A stretch of 64,000 bases of DNA, taken from IMG/VR virus record IMGVR_UViG_3300036768_000279, positions 32,001 to 96,000 of that record; one strand, written 5' to 3'. A model generated the notes under the pieces. The model saw only the letters and a list, made by a program, of their open reading frames with translations. It did no database searches and was not told the DNA's origin. How positions within the stretch are numbered: position 1 is the first letter of the stretch; each line of letters opens with the position of its first letter. Position numbers and translations under genes: made by a program. The DNA comes from a virus. Below, piece after piece: positions 58,071-64,000 of this stretch.

Positions 58071-58315
58071 TGCCTAAGTTGCTAGATCTACATGGCAAAC
58101 GTTTTGGTCGCTTGATGGCTACCAACCACATCAGCAGTCACTTAGCTGGGCCCAAAAGACTCTGTTATTGTGGATGTATTCGCAGGAAACCAAGGGGATA
58201 TGCGGCTAGAAATGTTGTACTCAAGAGATACAAGAAGCATGCTAAGGGCACAATGAAGTTCACGGACTTTCGTTCTTGGGCAATGCGTATAGCTAAAGTG
58301 GTGGATACATGGTAG
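58070..58315 (+). pseudogene. Internally deleted homing endonuclease remnant
   Basis: DLHGKRFGRL...LCYCGC...RYKKHAK..., fragments of the GxRFGRL/CxCG phage HE family, only 81 aa. Confidence 0.6.
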
Positions 58316-59154
58316 ACGTTACTTTTGGTATTCTTAACTACAACCCTGATGCAGATGGTCCAGCAACGGCGGCTTTTATTGCTGCTGTTGAATCTCTTGC
58401 TGCCAATCGTAGCAAGAATCTGACGAGCGAAGTATATCTGATTGATCAGGCTAGTCAGCCTGAGTTGACGGCGAATCTTGCCGCTAAGTTTGGGTTCCAG
58501 GCCGTGTTATTGCGGAGCAACGTGGGGATAAGTCGTGGTATCAACCTGCTCGCCAATATGGCTCGCGGGAAGTTTGTGTCGCTCGTAACCTCCGACGTGA
58601 CATTCACGCCTGGATTGGACGACACGTTGGTCTCGGCTCTTCGAGCCGATCCAACAATCTATCAGATCTGTCCAGTATCGGATAACTCGTCGCTAGATCA
58701 CCAACGTGCTCCGCATGCTCGCGAAGATGGCATCCTGTTGCAGAACATTGTGCAAGAGTTGACGATTCAGTTTTGGCCACGTACCGTCTTTGAAAAGATC
58801 GGATACTTCGACGAACGCTGGAAGGCGTGTTACGAGAACATGGACTTCGCACTCAGAGCGTTTATTGAGGGTGGCTCAGTTGTAGTTCACCAGGGTGCAT
58901 GGTGTCATCATGAACACAACGGCACCACAAAGAGTGGTGCAATTCACAAGGCTTACGACGGCTATCTGCCCATGCCAAATGGACTTACGCACGACCTGTT
59001 GGGACAGATGTGGCGTAACAAGTGGCCCAATCTTGAGAGATACATGAATCATTATGAGACGTTTACTAAAGACATGGGTCCGACGCGGGCGGCAATGTTT
59101 CATGCGTATAGCAAGAACGTGTATCTACCGTATGTACAAGAGGTCACTTACTAA
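58309..59154 (+). CDS. GT2 glycosyltransferase
   Basis: ILNYN, IDQAS, NVGISRGIN...ARGKFV..VTSD, FEKIGYFDERW...YENMDFALR. Confidence 0.88.
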   Translation: MVDVTFGILNYNPDADGPATAAFIAAVESLAANRSKNLTSEVYLIDQASQPELTANLAAKFGFQAVLLRSNVGISRGINLLANMARGKFVSLVTSDVTFTPGLDDTLVSALRADPTIYQICPVSDNSSLDHQRAPHAREDGILLQNIVQELTIQFWPRTVFEKIGYFDERWKACYENMDFALRAFIEGGSVVVHQGAWCHHEHNGTTKSGAIHKAYDGYLPMPNGLTHDLLGQMWRNKWPNLERYMNHYETFTKDMGPTRAAMFHAYSKNVYLPYVQEVTY

Positions 59155-59155
59155 C

Positions 59156-59746
59156 ATGAAACGTTATGACATTATTCGATACCTGATTGAAAAGCGTGGA
59201 TACAAGTCCTATCTTGAGATCGGGGTGCTTGGAAACGAAACGTACAATAGCCTGCCGCCTTTGGATGTGAAACACAGCGTAGACCCTAATGGTCAAGCGG
59301 TTTTCAACATGACATCGGATGAGTTCTTTGCTAACCATTGCAAGCAGAGTTACGACATAATCTTCATTGATGGTCTACACCTTGCAGAACAAGTTCAAAG
59401 AGATATCGAAAACTCATTGACACACCTAAACGACGGTGGCATAATAGTTGTGCATGACTGTTTGCCCTCTGCGGAGTACGAGCAGTTACGAGAAGGCATT
59501 AGTGGCAAACCATGGACAGGCGACGTATGGAAGGCGTTTGCGGCCATGCGAGCTGATCGTCGTGATTTGATTATGCGTGTTGTAGATACGGACTATGGAT
59601 GTGGACTGATTGAGCGTGGCGTTGACCCCTGTATGCTTGTTGAGCTTCGTCCAATCGACGGCTACACTTGGGATTTCTTTTGCAAGCATCGTAACAAGAT
59701 TATGGGTGTAATCACCGTGGAGCAATTCCTTGGACATTGGCAATAG
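59156..59746 (+). CDS. Class I SAM methyltransferase (Methyltransf_24-like)
   Basis: SYLEIGV, TSDEFF, YDIIFIDGLH...V..DI.NSL..L..GG.IVVHD, WTGDVWK. Confidence 0.85.
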   Translation: MKRYDIIRYLIEKRGYKSYLEIGVLGNETYNSLPPLDVKHSVDPNGQAVFNMTSDEFFANHCKQSYDIIFIDGLHLAEQVQRDIENSLTHLNDGGIIVVHDCLPSAEYEQLREGISGKPWTGDVWKAFAAMRADRRDLIMRVVDTDYGCGLIERGVDPCMLVELRPIDGYTWDFFCKHRNKIMGVITVEQFLGHWQ

Positions 59747-60245
59747 ACACTGGATTGAAGCTGAGGCCGCAGTACGCATGCCCTTTACCAAGGATATGCG
59801 AGTGCTTGAAATTGGTAGCTGGATCGCTCCTGGTCAAGAAGATATTATTTGCCGAAAGACAATAGCACCACAAGTACTAGAGTATATTGGCCTTGATATG
59901 CAAACGGGACCGGGCGTTGACGTGGTTGCAGATGCCAAAGCCATTCCGTTCCCCGATAATCACTTTGATGTGATCATCAGTACAGACTGCTACGAACACG
60001 TTGATTGGCCTCGTGAAGTAACTCATGAGGCTTTTCGTGTTTTGAAGCCGGGTGGCATCTTCTATCTCACATCAGTCTTTGACTTTGAGATCCACGGTTA
60101 TCCAGATGACTTCTGGCGTTTTACGCCGAACTGCATCAAGCTACTACTCGAAGACGCTGGCTTTGAAATGGTAAGCAATGGCGGCGTTGGTGGTCCTCAC
60201 AATAAACGTCCTTGCATCGTGCGAGGGATCGGACGTAAGCCATGA
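59730..60245 (+). CDS. SAM-dependent methyltransferase
   Basis: VLEIGS, YIGLD...GPGVD, FDVIIST..EH, RVLKPGG, HGYPDDFWRFT. Confidence 0.88.
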   Translation: MDIGNRHWIEAEAAVRMPFTKDMRVLEIGSWIAPGQEDIICRKTIAPQVLEYIGLDMQTGPGVDVVADAKAIPFPDNHFDVIISTDCYEHVDWPREVTHEAFRVLKPGGIFYLTSVFDFEIHGYPDDFWRFTPNCIKLLLEDAGFEMVSNGGVGGPHNKRPCIVRGIGRKP

Positions 60246-61159
60246 AAGTCTTAGTTACTGGCGGCAATGGATTCGTTGGCAAGCATGTCGTTTCGGTACT
60301 GCGTGCCGAAGGTCATGAGGTCATAGCACCTACAAGTGCTGAGATGAACCTATTCTCTCAATTCCAGTACGAATCGCCAGACACTGGCTTACTGTATTGG
60401 TTTTCCAATTGCGATGCCGTTATTCATCTTGCTGCCATTTGTGGTGGAATCGGCATCAACAAAGACAACCCCGGCAAGTTCATGTATGAGAACTTGCAGA
60501 TGGGATTGAATGTTATCGAGGCGTGTCGCCTTGCCGGGGTTAAGAAGCTTGTCAACCTCAGCACCGTCTGTTCATACCCCAAGCACACACCAGTGCCATT
60601 TCGAGAGAGTGATATCTGGAATGGCTACCCAGAAGAGACCAATGCTCCATATGGTATCGCCAAGAAAGCTATCGTAGAGCTTGGTATTGCATATCACAAG
60701 CAATATGGTCTCAACGTAACGAACCTTGTGCCAGTCAATATGGCTGGTGAGCACGATCACTTCGACTTGTATTCGTCACACGTACTACCAGCCATGATCC
60801 GCAAGTTCGAAGAGGCTCAAGACGTTGTGGTACTATGGGGAACTGGCTCTGCCTCTCGCGAGTTCCTATATGTTGGCGACTGTGCGAGAGCTATCGCCAT
60901 CGCTATCGAGAAAGACACTGATCCGCAGCCTATCAACCTTGGAACTGGACAAGAGATCACTATCAAGGAATTGGCGGAGACTGTCAAGAGAATTGGTGGC
61001 TATACCGCTACCATTGTTTGGGATAGCACAAAGCCCGATGGACAGCCGCGTAGATGTCTAGATGTTTCGCGTGCCAAGAGTGTTCTAAATTGGGAGGCCA
61101 CAACATCAATCCAAGATACTGTCGCCAAGACAATCAAGTGGTATCGCGATGCAAAGTAA
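60242..61159 (+). CDS. fcl: GDP-L-fucose synthase (epimerase/reductase)
   Basis: VTGGNGFVG, HLAA.CGGI..N...PG, STVCSYPK, TN.PYGIAKK, SHVLPAMIRK, WGTG...REFLYV.D, KPDGQPRR.LD. Confidence 0.93.
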   Translation: MKVLVTGGNGFVGKHVVSVLRAEGHEVIAPTSAEMNLFSQFQYESPDTGLLYWFSNCDAVIHLAAICGGIGINKDNPGKFMYENLQMGLNVIEACRLAGVKKLVNLSTVCSYPKHTPVPFRESDIWNGYPEETNAPYGIAKKAIVELGIAYHKQYGLNVTNLVPVNMAGEHDHFDLYSSHVLPAMIRKFEEAQDVVVLWGTGSASREFLYVGDCARAIAIAIEKDTDPQPINLGTGQEITIKELAETVKRIGGYTATIVWDSTKPDGQPRRCLDVSRAKSVLNWEATTSIQDTVAKTIKWYRDAK

Positions 61160-62171
61160 AACTGCAATCATCACTGGCGTGACCGGCCAAGATGGCTTCT
61201 ATCTCGCCCACTACTTGCTCCAGTTGGGTTATCGCGTCGTTGGCATTCGTCGTCGTACGTCTATGCCAACAGACGGACGCCTCCGCACGCTACGTGGAAG
61301 TCCCAATTTCGTTGTAGTTGACGGAGACATTTCTGACATTTCAAGCATTCAAGATGCCGTTCGAAAGTTTCAACCCGACGAGTTCTATCACTTGGCTGCT
61401 CAATCGCATGTTGCTATGTCTTGGAAGTATCCAATTACCACATGTGAACTGACGGGACTTGGTGTTCTGAACTGCCTTGAGGCCATTCGTCAAGAGAAGC
61501 TAGATTGTCGCTTCTATTTTGCCGGTTCAAGCGAACAGTTTGGGAATCCAATCCACAACGGCAAGACAGCGAGCTTGAATGAAGATACGCCGATGGAGCC
61601 CGAATCGCCTTACGCTGCCGCTAAGGTATTCGGGTTCAATATTACACAGGTCTATCGTCGCTCATTTGGTATGTACACCGCTTGCGGCATCTTGTTCAAT
61701 CATGAGTCTCCACTGCGTGGCGAGGAGTTCGTAACCCGCAAAATCACGAGCAATCTAGCCCGCGTGAAGTGGGGACTGCAAGAGCATGTTGAATTAGGCA
61801 ATATGGACGCTTGCCGCGACTGGGGATTCGCTGGTGATTATGTGCGTGCTATGCACGCCATGCTACAGCTTGATGAGCCAGATGACTTTGTAATCGCAAC
61901 AGGCAATACGTATTCCGTACGTACATTCTTTGATGCCTGCTGCAATTTTTTCGATCTGGAACCGGAGAAGGTCTACAAGATCAATCCTGCTTTTAAACGC
62001 CCCAAGGATGTTGAGGTTTTGTTGGGCGACAGCACCAAGGCTAGAAAGAAGCTCAACTGGTATCCGCAGTGTGACTTCAATCAGCTAGTACACAAGATGT
62101 GTCGGTATGACTTCCACTTGCAATCTCCCGACCCCGCGTTTGTCCGCAAGGCAGACGAATTCCTTTTCTAG
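61149..62171 (+). CDS. gmd: GDP-mannose 4,6-dehydratase
   Basis: ITGVTGQDG.YLA..LL, PDE.Y.LAAQSHV, SSE.FG, SPYAAAK, GILFNHESPLRGEEFVTRKI, LGN.DA.RDWG. Confidence 0.96.
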   Translation: MQSKTAIITGVTGQDGFYLAHYLLQLGYRVVGIRRRTSMPTDGRLRTLRGSPNFVVVDGDISDISSIQDAVRKFQPDEFYHLAAQSHVAMSWKYPITTCELTGLGVLNCLEAIRQEKLDCRFYFAGSSEQFGNPIHNGKTASLNEDTPMEPESPYAAAKVFGFNITQVYRRSFGMYTACGILFNHESPLRGEEFVTRKITSNLARVKWGLQEHVELGNMDACRDWGFAGDYVRAMHAMLQLDEPDDFVIATGNTYSVRTFFDACCNFFDLEPEKVYKINPAFKRPKDVEVLLGDSTKARKKLNWYPQCDFNQLVHKMCRYDFHLQSPDPAFVRKADEFLF

Positions 62172-62179
62172 GAGTTATC

Positions 62180-62866
62180 ATGAATAAAAATGAAGATAAG
62201 CACGAGATCACTGAACGTGAGAAGCGTGCATGGAAAGATGGGGCCAAGCCTCGTAGACGTGAACGTCCCAAGCTTACAATGCCGCAGAGAATTGAGTTCT
62301 TGAAGCTAATTGCACAGCTTGCAAGCAACTCAACGTTCGAACGGAAGCTTGGATTGGACCCAGCAGACATTGAATACTACAAGAAGCAATTCGATGTTGA
62401 GAATCAAGACGATGCACGTCGTTTGTACAAGCGTCTTGAGATTGCTATGGTCGAGGGACGCGAAGAAGTCATCATCAACGAGACGAGCAAAGCTCGTGCT
62501 GCCGAAGAGACCGCTAATCTCAGGCTCAAAGAGCTTGAGTTGCGTCGCACTATTGAGAAGCGTGAAAAGGCCGTAGGCACACCTGACGGCAACAAGGTTC
62601 GTGCAGAAGATGCCGAACGTCAGCAACGTTTTCAAGCTGAGCAAGAAGCTAAAACAGCAGAGGCTCTAAGCAAGAGCGAACCCTGGTCTCTGCCTCTCGC
62701 AGGTTCTGAGTCTGATAGACGCGGCATCATTGACCGCTTCCGTAGAGATCTTGAGAATTGCGGTATGCAGTTCTGTATCAACAAGTATCACGCTTCGCCA
62801 ATGCAATTGAAGGCGGAAGCGAATAGACTCAAGCTTCGCGTGAATTGGGATCGCGTTAAGCGATAA
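62180..62866 (+). CDS. Hypothetical coiled-coil protein
   Basis: 228 aa, AGGAG RBS. Confidence 0.65.
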   Translation: MNKNEDKHEITEREKRAWKDGAKPRRRERPKLTMPQRIEFLKLIAQLASNSTFERKLGLDPADIEYYKKQFDVENQDDARRLYKRLEIAMVEGREEVIINETSKARAAEETANLRLKELELRRTIEKREKAVGTPDGNKVRAEDAERQQRFQAEQEAKTAEALSKSEPWSLPLAGSESDRRGIIDRFRRDLENCGMQFCINKYHASPMQLKAEANRLKLRVNWDRVKR

Positions 62867-63585
62867 TGAAATTGACGAAGCAAGGTTTACAGGAACTCTA
62901 CGATACAATGTCGTTAGATGAAATGGCAGCCTATACGGGCATGCCAAAGTCCACTCTGTATTATCACATGAAGAAGCTGGGCGTCGTTCGCAGAAACAAG
63001 AGCGACGCTCAGCGTAAGCATATCGATACTGCCGGGCATCAAAGACTTGGTAGTCATCATTCGCTAGAAACGAAGGAAAAGATTTCCACGGGCACGAAGG
63101 AGTTCTGGGAGTCTGAACGTGGCCAAAATCAGAAGGCCGTGTTACGTAAACTACGTCGTCAAGAATGGGCAAATAGCACGAGCAAGAAGCGTGCGGACGT
63201 GATTGCACGCCTCCAGGAAGCTCACCGGCCAGAACCCGGCGAGCTTTCAAATTTCGGCAAGAAGCTAGCCGACTTTCTTTCGGGCCGCGAACGTGTTTCT
63301 ACCGGAATCCGGCTGACGAACGATCACGTCTCTGACATCATACTAGAGGACAGGAAAGTGGTTGTAGAGCTTATCCTGCCTATTAGTATCTATGGCGAGC
63401 AGCAGCAACATCGACTTGAAGAGCGGTACGAGCGTATCACACAACATTTGAATGCTGCTGGCTATCGCGTCATGATCGTTGAGGACAAGTCAAACTCAGT
63501 ATCCCGGGCCCGCTGTAAGCGTGTGTACGACCAACTTTGTCTCTTTTTTGAAGAGACGCAACCAGTGAAGACAATCGTTTCATGA
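62866..63585 (+). CDS. HTH + NUMOD3 + Vsr/DUF559-like domain protein (HE-derived)
   Basis: MSLDEMAAYTGMPKSTLYYHMKKLG, HHSLETKEKIS (NUMOD3), DIILEDRKVVVE...L.AAGYRVMIV. Confidence 0.6.
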   Translation: MKLTKQGLQELYDTMSLDEMAAYTGMPKSTLYYHMKKLGVVRRNKSDAQRKHIDTAGHQRLGSHHSLETKEKISTGTKEFWESERGQNQKAVLRKLRRQEWANSTSKKRADVIARLQEAHRPEPGELSNFGKKLADFLSGRERVSTGIRLTNDHVSDIILEDRKVVVELILPISIYGEQQQHRLEERYERITQHLNAAGYRVMIVEDKSNSVSRARCKRVYDQLCLFFEETQPVKTIVS

Positions 63586-64000
63586 CCATTACACCCAAAA
63601 CTCAGCGTTACGGAACCAACTGGGAAGAGCAATTCCAGGCATCGGAAGTAGGAGTCCGTAAGGAAGACGGCAAAGAAATGAGGGTAGTGTACCTTCGTGG
63701 CTTGCAACGCCTGGCCCAGGAAGCTGGTATTGTACGTAGTCGCTGCCAATTCAACTTCATTCCCAAGGATCAGACTGGCTCTGTTGGTATCATGCAGGCC
63801 GTCTACGAAGCTGAGTTTTCGGATGGTACTATTTGGGTTGGTACCGCTGACTGTAACTCGGCTAATACTTCTGGCAAGTTCATGGCCTACCCAACTGCTG
63901 TTGCCGAGTCGCGTGCAGAAGCTCGCTGCTTACGCAAGGCATTGAATATCGGTATCATGTCGTCGGAAGAAGTCGGATTTGTGGATGGCGGGGCGATTGA
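63582..64000 (+). CDS. Partial (3'-truncated) putative single-strand annealing protein (Rad52/ERF-like)
   Basis: MTITPKTQRY...YLRGLQRLAQEAG...GTADC...AYPTAVAESRAEARCLRKALNIG..SSEE; open to the window end. Confidence 0.55.
   Translation, partial: MTITPKTQRYGTNWEEQFQASEVGVRKEDGKEMRVVYLRGLQRLAQEAGIVRSRCQFNFIPKDQTGSVGIMQAVYEAEFSDGTIWVGTADCNSANTSGKFMAYPTAVAESRAEARCLRKALNIGIMSSEEVGFVDGGAI

Noticed and set aside
43445-62171. Bacterial O-antigen/capsule locus (host contamination or chimeric assembly)
   Set aside because: No wzx/wzy/ABC exporter or membrane proteins are visible. The genes are translationally coupled to the phage sigma factor and interleaved with the same phage HEG families found in the structural module.
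49520-63692. Near-matches to the late motif (TTAGTGTG at ~49521 and ~50244; GTAGTGTA at ~54298 and ~63684)
   Set aside because: They are mismatched and lie inside coding sequence.
135-63749. Numerous minus-strand and alternate-frame ORFs in the track (e.g. 6362-6952, 20648-21328, 47041-47802)
   Set aside because: They lie wholly within well-supported + strand genes and have no recognisable motifs; they are shadow ORFs.
1-64000. Stop-codon reassignment, as in some large phages
   Set aside because: Conserved genes are full length in the standard code, and TAA, TAG and TGA all serve as terminal stops.
1-64000. CRISPR array, tRNA or rRNA genes
   Set aside because: No regularly spaced repeats or cloverleaf signatures were recognised in the few short intergenic regions.

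Overview
Segment of a large (jumbo-type) tailed dsDNA phage genome. All credible genes are on the + strand, tightly packed with ATGA/TAATG overlaps, in the standard genetic code. (1) 1-31.4 kb is virion morphogenesis: capsid decoration protein, HK97-like major capsid protein, neck/tail-completion proteins, major tail protein, 1774-aa tape measure, and large tail-tip/LamG-PKD proteins. No sheath gene was seen. (2) 31.5-43.4 kb is replication/recombination/transcription: RecA, DnaB, DnaG, a Cas4-like PD-(D/E)XK nuclease, ClpP, DnaE, SSB and a sigma factor. (3) 43.4-62.2 kb is a ~19 kb glycan island: about 11 glycosyltransferases, 4 SAM methyltransferases, an IMPDH/GMPR-family enzyme, fcl and gmd. 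About ten intact or decayed free-standing homing endonuclease genes are interspersed. Main hypotheses: a phage-encoded virion O-glycosylation system using a Ser-Gly sequon that is strongly enriched in predicted surface-exposed structural proteins; a six-copy late promoter TTAGTGTAnT; and a LAGLIDADG insertion that replaced the 3' end of a glycosyltransferase and left the original end displaced downstream. All calls come from motif recognition by eye; no searches were run, and counts are manual.
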